Program-made: the position numbers and the translations under genes
Part shown: positions 38,830-47,457 of the stretch, piece by piece
How positions within the stretch are numbered: the stretch's first letter is position 1
How the letters are laid out: each line of letters starts with the position of its first letter
Source: Candidatus Poseidoniaceae archaeon
Lineage (GTDB): Archaea > Thermoplasmatota > Poseidoniia > Poseidoniales > Poseidoniaceae
NCBI GenBank assembly: GCA_049623485.1
Contig: JBMZTB010000001.1
Span: forward strand, 5,387 to 69,386
Direction: 5' to 3'
Length of the DNA stretch: 64,000 nt
Notes under the pieces: model-generated
The model's database searches: none
Told to the model about the DNA's origin: nothing
Seen by the model: only the letters and a program-made list of their open reading frames with translations

Positions 38830-39802
38830 GGACGTCGACTTTGCAATGGATGCCGATCTTGAAGATGGTGACCTAGCGGATGCACAAGCTGCAATCGCTG
38901 CTTCCACGGAAAGTGCACAACGTCTAATGCAAGCAAGCAGGGAGCTTGAAACGCTCGTTCAAGGAGTTGTAAGTGACGAAGTTAACTCACTTGCTACAAC
39001 TGAACTCGACATGCTACAAGCACGCTCATTCCTTGAAGCACATCGACTTCGAAGAGCCCGCCGCAGTGTTAAAAAGGCTGAGAAGGCGCTCGAAGTCCTA
39101 GAGGAAGATGTTCTCTATCTGCGTAGAAGTATTGCAATGCTTCACCGATTGTTGCGCGAAAAAGCCCTTGCAGAAGAGGAAGTAGAAAACGTCCTTAGAA
39201 GACTCCGTAACGCTACTGGTGCAGCAGAAATTGGAGATGTTGGGTATGCTGCAACAGAAGTTGAATACCTTGTTGACGATCTCATCGGGGGTAATTCTTC
39301 AACGCTTAACCCGTTCCTATTCAGGCACTTCTGGCTCTCAGTCGATACTCGATGGCCTGCAGGTGGTGAAACCGGAGTTCTCCTTGTTCGAATCATCAAC
39401 GATGGTGACATCCCTCTTCCGATGATGCGATTGCAACCTCCAGTACCGCATGGATGGATTTCTAATCCTTCGTTCATCGATGTACCGGTCATCGGTCCAG
39501 GGGGCAATTTACCAGTTCGGTTTGAAATCAAGGCCGATCGACGACACGGTTCAGATGAAGTTCCCCTTTCTCGAAAACTTTCAATAGCGACCGGGTATGA
39601 AATGAGGAATGGCAATGTTATGGTGACAATACGTGCTCAAAATCGTTCCATGGAGCCTCTATCAGATGTTCTCATCAATCCTTGGCTTCCACCAGGCTTT
39701 ACAGCTGACAAAGTGCCTTTCATCGGCAGATTAACTCCTGACGAAGTAGCAGTAATACGCATGCCACTTCGCATCGACTTGGGTCAAGGAGGTGCTTCTT
39801 GA
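38810..39802 (+). CDS. hypothetical cytoplasmic protein: acidic N-terminus, coiled coil and two beta-sandwich-like repeats
   Basis: SD gaggaggtga; overlaps the upstream stop; two similar segments VRIINDGDIPL...PPVPHGW and IRAQNRSMEPL...PWLPPGF; no signal peptide or TM. Confidence 0.75.
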   Translation: MAKSKSEDVDFAMDADLEDGDLADAQAAIAASTESAQRLMQASRELETLVQGVVSDEVNSLATTELDMLQARSFLEAHRLRRARRSVKKAEKALEVLEEDVLYLRRSIAMLHRLLREKALAEEEVENVLRRLRNATGAAEIGDVGYAATEVEYLVDDLIGGNSSTLNPFLFRHFWLSVDTRWPAGGETGVLLVRIINDGDIPLPMMRLQPPVPHGWISNPSFIDVPVIGPGGNLPVRFEIKADRRHGSDEVPLSRKLSIATGYEMRNGNVMVTIRAQNRSMEPLSDVLINPWLPPGFTADKVPFIGRLTPDEVAVIRMPLRIDLGQGGAS

Positions 39803-39857
39803 CCCCATCCATATCCACCCTCGAATGAGGGAGGACGAGTAAAAAAAGGTGAAATAA

Positions 39858-40448
39858 ATGAAAAACCAAAAAGAAACGAAGCAAGACGAACTTGCTGCAA
39901 TTGGTATCGGTGCAATGATTGTATTCATTGCGTTGATTCTTGTTGCAGCAGTCGCAGCAGCGGTCATTATTCAGACCGCAGAAAAGCTGCAACAGAACGC
40001 ACAAGCCAGCGGTGACGACACCCAAGAGCAAATGTCAACCAAGTTGACCTTGATCAATGTCGTTATCGAAACCATTGATGACGCAGCTAGCACTTACGAC
40101 CTATTTGCTACCTTCGAGTTGGCGCCTGGTTCAGAACCTACTGAAGGTGACGACATTGGTTACACTGTAATCTGTGAAGACCCAGACGGTGGCGGCGTAG
40201 GAGTGGCTACAACCGAATTCGCTCAAGGCGACCTCACTGGTGCAACCCTTCACACTGGTGATGGTGCTGGAGGTGCTGCGATCACACTCAACCCAGGCAC
40301 GACCTATGTCGTTGTTCTGAACATCGATGAGTGTGCACCGGTTGCAAACACAGACCACATTATGATCTTCACTGTCATCGGTGGAGGTAGCACATACGAA
40401 GAACTCCAATACGGTAGCTCTCCGACTGTAGGAGACATTGTTGTTTGA
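39858..40448 (+). CDS. arlB: archaellin
   Basis: IGIGAMIVFIALILVAAVAAAVIIQTA..LQQ.A...G, the archaellin N-terminal helix; LAPGS motif. Confidence 0.93.
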   Translation: MKNQKETKQDELAAIGIGAMIVFIALILVAAVAAAVIIQTAEKLQQNAQASGDDTQEQMSTKLTLINVVIETIDDAASTYDLFATFELAPGSEPTEGDDIGYTVICEDPDGGGVGVATTEFAQGDLTGATLHTGDGAGGAAITLNPGTTYVVVLNIDECAPVANTDHIMIFTVIGGGSTYEELQYGSSPTVGDIVV

Positions 40449-40459
40449 GGTGATGAAAA

Positions 40460-41098
40460 ATGAAGAACACACAAGAAAAGAACATGGAAAACGATAGCCT
40501 AGCTGCAATTGGTATCGGAGCAATGATTGTATTCATCGCTTTGATTCTTGTTGCTGCTGTTGCTGCTGCAGTTATTATCCAAACTGCAGAAAAGCTTCAA
40601 CAGAACGCACAATCAACAGGTGACGACACAACAGACGAGATGTCTGGTAAAGTCCAAATCCTCAACGTCTTTGTCGACGACCCCGCAAGCGATTACGTGA
40701 TTTACTTCAGACTCGCTGCAGGTTCAGATGACACTGCGGCAAACGACATCCTATGGCAAGTCTTCTGCGAAGACCCAGACGGTGGCGGCGCAGGGCCTCC
40801 CGCAGTAGCTACAACCGATCGAATTGCCGGAGACTTCAGTGACGGATCGGCGCCTACCGCTGGTTTCGGTGAAATCATCCCATTAGATGCTGATCCTGCA
40901 GCCGAAGTTGATGTCGCAGAAGCAGGTGTCGCATACCGATACTCCCTCAACGCAGTTGATGGAACTGATGACTGCAGCCCGAACCACCTTTTCACTGAGA
41001 ACATCAAGGCTTCCTTGTACATCCACGTTGTTGGTGGAGGAAGCACATACGACGTTCTCAAGGTCAACGACGCTTCTCGTGGAGCAGTGGTGGTCTGA
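40460..41098 (+). CDS. arlB: archaellin (second copy)
   Basis: Identical N-terminal helix; LAAGS motif; SD gaggtga. Confidence 0.93.
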   Translation: MKNTQEKNMENDSLAAIGIGAMIVFIALILVAAVAAAVIIQTAEKLQQNAQSTGDDTTDEMSGKVQILNVFVDDPASDYVIYFRLAAGSDDTAANDILWQVFCEDPDGGGAGPPAVATTDRIAGDFSDGSAPTAGFGEIIPLDADPAAEVDVAEAGVAYRYSLNAVDGTDDCSPNHLFTENIKASLYIHVVGGGSTYDVLKVNDASRGAVVV

Positions 41099-41100
41099 GT

Positions 41101-41146
41101 CGACCTGCGTAATGTCTTACCTTCGGGTATGACAACGCAGGAGGTT
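41101..41146 (+). promoter_or_regulatory. stem-loop with cUUCGg tetraloop between the archaellins and the motor genes, overlapping the downstream SD
   Basis: cctgcgt-aa-tgtc-t-tacc-TTCG-ggta-t-gaca-acgcagg; the 3' arm runs into ggagg (41140-41144) before ATG 41152. Confidence 0.75.
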
Positions 41147-41151
41147 GTACC

Positions 41152-41994
41152 ATGGCATGGCCATTTAGTGGCAGTGCAGGGAACGACCGGGATGCAGACG
41201 CTGAACTCGCTGAAGAGCGCTTGAAAATCATGGCCAACGTGGCCATTGAACAAGTGCCTCTCCCAGAACAAGGGGAATTGAGTGAAGAAGATGCTTGGAC
41301 CATTTCACCCGGTCCGACTCGAGCACGCCTAAACAGCATAGGATCAGTCCCAAGTGTAGCAGCAACGCTAGCTCCGGCAGCGCCTGTTAACGCCCAGGTT
41401 GATACATCTGGATTAGAACGAATGATTAGCAGTCGCCTCGACATGGTTGAGGACGTACTTCGCTTAGTAGAGCACAAAATGGAGGAATCCATTGCGGCAC
41501 CTGCTGTAGCAGAAGCGTCTGAAGAATCCGATGTTGAATCGGCCGATGGTCTATCTGTTGACGGGAACGTAGGCGATACAATCGTTACTGCTGATGGGGA
41601 AGTACTCCCCGTTGGAAGTGGGGTTGATCGTTTGCGTCAATCTGATGAAGCACGTTTGGTTGAATTGTATGAAGCACAAGCGCTTGCAGCTAACCCATTC
41701 CTTGCAAAAGGCTCGTACGAGCAGGCTGCAAATGATGGTGTTGGAGCGGCGATGGTTGCGGCCCTCTTGCTGGATAATCTATCCGGCATGGCAGCAGTCA
41801 GTTTTGCTCAAAAAGCAGTTCAAAGCGGTATGTTGACCGATGTTGAAGGACGTTCAGTCCTTGCAATCGTTCAACTAGCAGCACCAGGCGAAGCAGAATC
41901 GGCATTGAATGATCATCTGTCTCATAGGAAATTGTTGACATTCTCCGCGATTGTTGAATCGTGGAGAAATAAAACTCCTTACTCGGAGGAATGA
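41152..41994 (+). CDS. divergent ArlC/D/E fusion-like protein
   Basis: Position between arlB and arlF; coiled coil followed by LVELYEAQALAANPFL (ArlC-type L..LYE.V....NPF); C-terminal helical region resembling ArlD/E. Confidence 0.62.
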   Translation: MAWPFSGSAGNDRDADAELAEERLKIMANVAIEQVPLPEQGELSEEDAWTISPGPTRARLNSIGSVPSVAATLAPAAPVNAQVDTSGLERMISSRLDMVEDVLRLVEHKMEESIAAPAVAEASEESDVESADGLSVDGNVGDTIVTADGEVLPVGSGVDRLRQSDEARLVELYEAQALAANPFLAKGSYEQAANDGVGAAMVAALLLDNLSGMAAVSFAQKAVQSGMLTDVEGRSVLAIVQLAAPGEAESALNDHLSHRKLLTFSAIVESWRNKTPYSEE

Positions 41995-41997
41995 TGC

Positions 41998-42651
41998 ATG
42001 GGTGGTTCGGTCGGAATCGGTGCTCTTGTGGTTGGAACATCACTGATGTTGGTCTTTGCGCTTGCAGTGCAAAGTCTTGACAGCAGGATGGAAACCAGTC
42101 TTGAGATCATTGAAGACGCCGGCGAACCTATCCCCTCATTCCAAATTGATAACGCAACATTATGGGAAGGTGCGGTCTTGTCCGTCACCATCACCACAAA
42201 TGGTAGCGGATATGTAGATGGAACACTCATTGAACAAAGTGGATCTGGAGGGTTCTCAGGAACCTTCACAGTCGACGCAGCAGGAGGAATAGAAAACGTG
42301 ATTATCACCAATCGCGGGAATTACTCGTCCCCTCCTACTATTATCGTCGATACAACAGGCCAACCAATTGCTTCAACAGGTGCAACATTCGGATCCGATA
42401 TTGGGAATTTTATTTACAGCAACCTTACGAATACAGGTCCAGTGACCATCAAGAACCGAGAAGCATGGCTTTTCCTTGATGGCGGTACGTCCGTAGAACC
42501 AACCAACTTCGGTTCGGTTACGAGTGGAACCACCACACATTGGTATCCTGGCGAAACCATTCAACTCGAATGGGCAGAAGACGGTGCAACATCTTACGAT
42601 CGAATTTCATTGACATTCAGTGGATTGACAATGGTAAACACATTAGCATGA
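41998..42651 (+). CDS. arlF: archaellum accessory protein ArlF (FlaF)-like with an internal insertion
   Basis: N-terminal TM MGGSVGIGALVV, NLTNTG, LFLDG, WYPGETI; canonical position before arlG. Confidence 0.7.
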   Translation: MGGSVGIGALVVGTSLMLVFALAVQSLDSRMETSLEIIEDAGEPIPSFQIDNATLWEGAVLSVTITTNGSGYVDGTLIEQSGSGGFSGTFTVDAAGGIENVIITNRGNYSSPPTIIVDTTGQPIASTGATFGSDIGNFIYSNLTNTGPVTIKNREAWLFLDGGTSVEPTNFGSVTSGTTTHWYPGETIQLEWAEDGATSYDRISLTFSGLTMVNTLA

Positions 42652-42660
42652 GGCGACTAT

Positions 42661-43158
42661 ATGGCAGGCAGCGGAGCATCTTCTTTCATCTTCCTGACTA
42701 CAGCATTGCTGGTCTCAGGTCTTGTAAGTGTCGTTCTCATCAATGAATGGGGAGACATGGCAAAAACATCACAGGATCAAACCCGTGCGATGGAAGTTCA
42801 ACAAGCTACAAGTCTTGGATTTGCAGGAGACCCGATGATGGTTGCATACGATGATAGCCTCAATCCTGATGAGATGACGTTTTACCTGCAAAATACAGGA
42901 ACGACTCTTCTCGATACGAGCACACTCGTCGTGATTGTTGATGGATCGACTGTGACATCTACGATTACGACTGCTATCGTTCCAGCTACTGGTGCTGTTT
43001 GGGATTCTCAACATTTGGTTGAAGTTACAGTTAATTCATCTTCTTGGGCATATGCTGACGGGACGGATGTTTCATTGACGGTTATCGTCTCATCAGAAGT
43101 TACCAATGGCTATCGTGGTACTGACTCGATTTCTCTGGAGGTGCGTTTGCATGGTTGA
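42661..43158 (+). CDS. arlG: archaellum accessory protein ArlG (FlaG)
   Basis: MA.S.AS..I......LVSG.V TM, GDP, FYLQNTG, VIVDG, W.....V. Confidence 0.8.
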   Translation: MAGSGASSFIFLTTALLVSGLVSVVLINEWGDMAKTSQDQTRAMEVQQATSLGFAGDPMMVAYDDSLNPDEMTFYLQNTGTTLLDTSTLVVIVDGSTVTSTITTAIVPATGAVWDSQHLVEVTVNSSSWAYADGTDVSLTVIVSSEVTNGYRGTDSISLEVRLHG

Positions 43159-43876
43159 GCGATTGACCGAGAAACCTAAGCCAGTTGAGGATGGTTTCCC
43201 ATTTGATGTTGAGACAGACAGTCTTGCAGATTCGTTGGGTCTTCGATTACCTAATCGTAGTATTTTGATGCTGCAAGGTGGAGTTGGAGGCGGGAAGTCA
43301 CTCGTAAGTCAACGGTTTGTCCACGGTCTTCTGGAAAACGATGTCAAAGTTCTCGTTATTACGACTGAATTAACGACTCGCGGATGGATTGAACAAGTTG
43401 AATCAATTGGTTACGGTGTCACAGACGCTTTAACAAATGGAAACTTGATGATCTTCTCTCGATTCGGAACCGTAGCAGAACCAATTCCAAATGTTGGAAT
43501 TGATGAAGTCCTCTCGAGTGAAGCAATTGAGGAAGCCGACATCATCATCATTGATGCAGCAAGTGCCCTCATGCCCTCTGATATGAACGATCAAGATCGT
43601 TTCAATCTGATTCAACGTTTGAGAAGAATTGCTTCGACTGGCCGTAGCATCATGCTCACTGTTGACAGTGATGAAATGGATCACAAACTCCTCCACGCTA
43701 TGCGTGCAAGTGCAGAAGTTGTTATCGACTTAACAACAAACTTGATCGGTGGAGATTTGAAGAGAACACTCATTGTCACTCGTTATCTACGTGCTGCAGG
43801 ACCTGTTCAGTCCTCAATCGGTTGGAGAGTTGAACCTGGAATGGGCTTCATCGTCGACATTACGGCGGTAAGCTGA
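43151..43876 (+). CDS. arlH: archaellum RecA/KaiC-like ATPase ArlH (FlaH)
   Basis: GGVGGGKSLVSQRFVHGLLEN, TTELT, IIIIDA, WRVEPGMGFIVDITAVS; SD ggaggtg before ATG 43151. Confidence 0.92.
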   Translation: MVERLTEKPKPVEDGFPFDVETDSLADSLGLRLPNRSILMLQGGVGGGKSLVSQRFVHGLLENDVKVLVITTELTTRGWIEQVESIGYGVTDALTNGNLMIFSRFGTVAEPIPNVGIDEVLSSEAIEEADIIIIDAASALMPSDMNDQDRFNLIQRLRRIASTGRSIMLTVDSDEMDHKLLHAMRASAEVVIDLTTNLIGGDLKRTLIVTRYLRAAGPVQSSIGWRVEPGMGFIVDITAVS

Positions 43877-43886
43877 GGTGAACATT

Positions 43887-45602
43887 ATGGCTGATGAAGA
43901 TTTAAAATTCGCTCGAGGTGATCTCGCTTCGGTTATGGCCGCTCATAACCACGTTGCAGAATGGGTTCGTGATTTCGAAAAGAAATACGGTTCCCGTCCA
44001 ATATACTACGGACCACTCGACCGAGATGCTAAGAAGCAACGTCCATTGAATCTAATCTACATCACCAAAGAACCAGTATTTGTTCATATTTACGAACCTC
44101 CCGCAGACGAAGACGGTGGAGGCCAAGTTCTCTGGTTTGGTCTTGAACCGCAATTGAATGAAGAAGAAGAAAACATTCGCCGTGATTTGGTTGAAACTCT
44201 TCTCCAAGAAGCACCGACTGCTCCAACATTTACAACTGACTCGGAGTTTGAAACAATTTTGGGACAAATGATTGACAGATACACAATCCTCGATACTGAA
44301 GCCAACATTGGAACTCGTCGCAGAGGCCGAATGTGGGAAATGATCGGGCTGGAAGACAAAAGAGTCGTCGTCTCAGAAGCACAAAGAGACCGTTTACGAT
44401 ACATCATTGTTCGAGATCTTATCAAAAATGGTCCTCTTGAAACCCTCCTTTCGGATGAAATGCTGGAAGATATTCACTCCGTTGGTTTAAAACACATTCA
44501 CATGGATCACAAAGTCTTCGAAATGGTTACTTCAAACATCCGTTTCCGTGAACGAGATATCCTTTCTCGTTATCTACGTTCCATGTCTGAACGTATTGGC
44601 CGTCCTGTATCAGACAACAATCCTATCATCGACGGAGCCCTTCTCGACGGTTCCCGTATCAATATCATTTTCTCAGATGACGTTTCAATGCTGGGCCCAT
44701 CTTTTACGATTCGTAAATTCGCAGAAGAAACAATTTCCATCACCCAACTCATTCAATGGGGCACCATGAGTTCCCAGGTTGCAGCATACATTTGGCTGTG
44801 TCTAGAATACGGAATGTCTGTTCTGGTATCTGGTGAGACCGCTTCTGGTAAAACCACGACTCTCAATGCAATTCTTCCTTTCATCGATCATAACGTGAAA
44901 ATTTACTCGGCGGAAGACACTCCCGAAGTCAAGGTCAGCCACAAGATTTGGCAACGACTTGTTACACGAAGTTCGAAAAATGAAGATTCAAGTGTCGAAA
45001 TGTTCGACTTGCTCAAAGCCGCACTGCGTTCAAGACCACGTTACATTATCATCGGTGAAATACGTGGTGTTGAAGGAGCAACTGCTTTCCAAGCAATGCA
45101 AACAGGGCACCCGGTTATTGCTACATTCCACGCATCTTCAATCGTTAAGATGATTCAACGTTTCACAGGGGATCCAATCAATGTTCCAATTCGTTTCTTC
45201 GACAACCTAAATTTCGCGATTTTCCAAGAAGTTACCGAAACCAATGGAAATCTTGTTCGCCGCATTACTGGTGTCGACGAGGTTATTGGATACAACAAGC
45301 ACAGCGATGGTGTCTTGACCCGTGGTATGTTCGAATGGGATCCTCTCAAAGACAAGCATTACTTCCGTGGTATGTTCCAATCCCATCTTCTCGAAAATAA
45401 GATTGCAGCACAAGCAGGGTTTGCAAATAAGCGGGATGTCTATGATGAAATGTTACGGAGAGCTTCTGCTCTTGATCGAATGGTCGATCGCAATTTGACA
45501 CATTATGATGACGTGTTTGGCCTTCTGAATATCTATTACAATAGTGGTTGGGAAACTTTCGACAAGGCTGTTGATAGTTGGGTCAGCCAAAAAGACCGAT
45601 GA
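43887..45602 (+). CDS. arlI: archaellum motor ATPase ArlI (FlaI)
   Basis: NLIY....PVFVHI, DGSRINI, SFTIRKF, GETASGKTT, EDTPE, ALRSRP.YIIIGEIRG.EG, QTGH...TFHA. Confidence 0.95.
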   Translation: MADEDLKFARGDLASVMAAHNHVAEWVRDFEKKYGSRPIYYGPLDRDAKKQRPLNLIYITKEPVFVHIYEPPADEDGGGQVLWFGLEPQLNEEEENIRRDLVETLLQEAPTAPTFTTDSEFETILGQMIDRYTILDTEANIGTRRRGRMWEMIGLEDKRVVVSEAQRDRLRYIIVRDLIKNGPLETLLSDEMLEDIHSVGLKHIHMDHKVFEMVTSNIRFRERDILSRYLRSMSERIGRPVSDNNPIIDGALLDGSRINIIFSDDVSMLGPSFTIRKFAEETISITQLIQWGTMSSQVAAYIWLCLEYGMSVLVSGETASGKTTTLNAILPFIDHNVKIYSAEDTPEVKVSHKIWQRLVTRSSKNEDSSVEMFDLLKAALRSRPRYIIIGEIRGVEGATAFQAMQTGHPVIATFHASSIVKMIQRFTGDPINVPIRFFDNLNFAIFQEVTETNGNLVRRITGVDEVIGYNKHSDGVLTRGMFEWDPLKDKHYFRGMFQSHLLENKIAAQAGFANKRDVYDEMLRRASALDRMVDRNLTHYDDVFGLLNIYYNSGWETFDKAVDSWVSQKDR

Positions 45603-45616
45603 GGAGATGAAGAAGC

Positions 45617-47419
45617 ATGGAACGAATGCCGATGTGGCAGATTGCCATCCGTCGGCTCGAAATGCCAGTTGGTCGTTTCCTTGCCTTGTACGTCGGTGGG
45701 GCTTTTGCAATGGGCCTCATAGGGTCACTTGCACTTATTTTCTTAACAGGTGGTTTGGCAGAGGGAGCGTTATTTTCAGGGGCATCAGGTATACTGTTGC
45801 TGTTCCTTCTCCCAATTCTAGCAGCACTTGGGGCTATTGCTTTCCCGATGCTTGAAGTGACTCGTTCTGCGAACATGATCGAGCGTGAAATGCATATGTT
45901 CATCACTCGTATGGGAATTCTCTCGCTTGGAGAAGTAGGTGCTCAGACAATTTTCGATATTCTCAAGCAGATGAGAGATTATGGGGAATTAGCATCGGAA
46001 GTACAACGTATCGAGACGCTTGTTGACAAATGGAACACGTCTCTGCCTGAGGCTGCTCGTATTGTTGCACAACAAAGTCCGAGCCCTCTATGGACGGATT
46101 TCCTTGATAGAATGGCGTTTTCTATTGAAGCAGGTCAGCCAATTGATGAATTCATGCGTTCGGAACAAGAAACGGTTGCTGAACAATACAACACCCTCTA
46201 TGATACAAGGCTAGAAAGCGTTGATACAATGCAAGAAATTTACGTTTCAATGGTCACAGCAGGCCTTTTCGGGCTTGTAATTGCTGGAATCCATCTTGTC
46301 TTGTTCGAAGTGGGTGGAGATAACGACACACCTATTGAAGTTGCAGCCCGTTTGCGTTTCCTTCTTCTTGCTTCCTTCCTATTCATAATCATTCAAGTTG
46401 CAGCGATGCTTGCTTTTAGAGCGACTATTCCTCGTGATCTTATCTTTGCTCGAGATGAACTTGAAACCCCTTTCAGAATAAATTTCAGAAGAGCATTACT
46501 CGCTTCAGGAGCGGTTGCGTTAATGTTACTTCTTGTAACAATCTATGTGGTTGCAAGTTCATGGGAAGAGATAAGCAGTCAATGGGACAGGTACGGCCTT
46601 ATTCTCCTCGCAGCACCTCTTTCACCTCTGCTTATTCCTGCATGGTTGATTCGAAAAGAAGAGTCAAGTGTGTTAAGGAGAGACTCAGCCTATCCCGATT
46701 TCATCCGTGCACTTGGTGGGACTGCCCAAGCAAGAAGCGCAGAACCTTCTGCAACAATCAAAGCTCTACGTGGTGTTGACTTTGGTATGCTCGATTATTC
46801 AATTGATCGACTTGAAAAGCGATTGTCGACACGTATTGACTCAGACCGTGCTTGGGATTACTTCAATGCCGACACAAACTCAGCCGTGATCTCTCGATAC
46901 ACGCGTATTTACATCGAAGGTTCTCAATCATCAGGTAAACCTGCAGCTACTGCAGAAATGGTATCGCGTTCAGTTGGAAACCTCCTCTCTCTAAGGCGTC
47001 GACGCGCCCTCTCTGCCAACACAATGTGGGGGGTAGCTCTTGGTCTTCTCATTGCCAGCGTCACTTCATTGAACGTAACGATCTCGATTGTATTGCAACT
47101 TGGAGATGCTATTGCAGGTGTTGCATCAGGTTTGGCGGAAACAGATGTTGGCGCACTCCAAGACTTTGGCTCGGGGATTGCTCTTCCCGTTATGGAAAAC
47201 GCAACTTCTGTTGAAGATAATATTCGAATGTTCAAGATTATAGTTTCACTGCTTGTCATTGGTCAAATCATTGCTGTATCTGCTATTGCCACACGTCTGC
47301 GCGGTGGCGGTAAGACGAGTGCTGCTGGTCAAGCGATTCAATTGCTATGGATTGCTGGAATCACCTCTTGGATTACTGCAGTCCTACTCGATGGAGCATC
47401 ATCTGTATTTGGTGTTTAA
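45617..47419 (+). CDS. arlJ: archaellum membrane platform protein ArlJ (FlaJ)
   Basis: FITRMGILS, YGELA.E, FLDRMA..IEAG, RRD..YPDFIRALG, multiple TMs; follows arlI. Confidence 0.9.
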   Translation: MERMPMWQIAIRRLEMPVGRFLALYVGGAFAMGLIGSLALIFLTGGLAEGALFSGASGILLLFLLPILAALGAIAFPMLEVTRSANMIEREMHMFITRMGILSLGEVGAQTIFDILKQMRDYGELASEVQRIETLVDKWNTSLPEAARIVAQQSPSPLWTDFLDRMAFSIEAGQPIDEFMRSEQETVAEQYNTLYDTRLESVDTMQEIYVSMVTAGLFGLVIAGIHLVLFEVGGDNDTPIEVAARLRFLLLASFLFIIIQVAAMLAFRATIPRDLIFARDELETPFRINFRRALLASGAVALMLLLVTIYVVASSWEEISSQWDRYGLILLAAPLSPLLIPAWLIRKEESSVLRRDSAYPDFIRALGGTAQARSAEPSATIKALRGVDFGMLDYSIDRLEKRLSTRIDSDRAWDYFNADTNSAVISRYTRIYIEGSQSSGKPAATAEMVSRSVGNLLSLRRRRALSANTMWGVALGLLIASVTSLNVTISIVLQLGDAIAGVASGLAETDVGALQDFGSGIALPVMENATSVEDNIRMFKIIVSLLVIGQIIAVSAIATRLRGGGKTSAAGQAIQLLWIAGITSWITAVLLDGASSVFGV

Positions 47420-47457
47420 TCAAAAAGAGTATATGCTGTCTTCTCAGATGCTAGCGC

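Noticed and set aside
40702..41492. Antisense ORFs of 189 and 142 aa over arlB2 and the arlCDE-like gene
   Set aside because: Explained by codon bias on the sense strand; Ser/Ala/Pro-rich translations with no family features.
43887..47419. Type IV pilus, Tad or type II/IV secretion system reading of the ATPase and membrane protein
   Set aside because: Adjacent arlH, arlF/G and true archaellins identify it as an archaellum.
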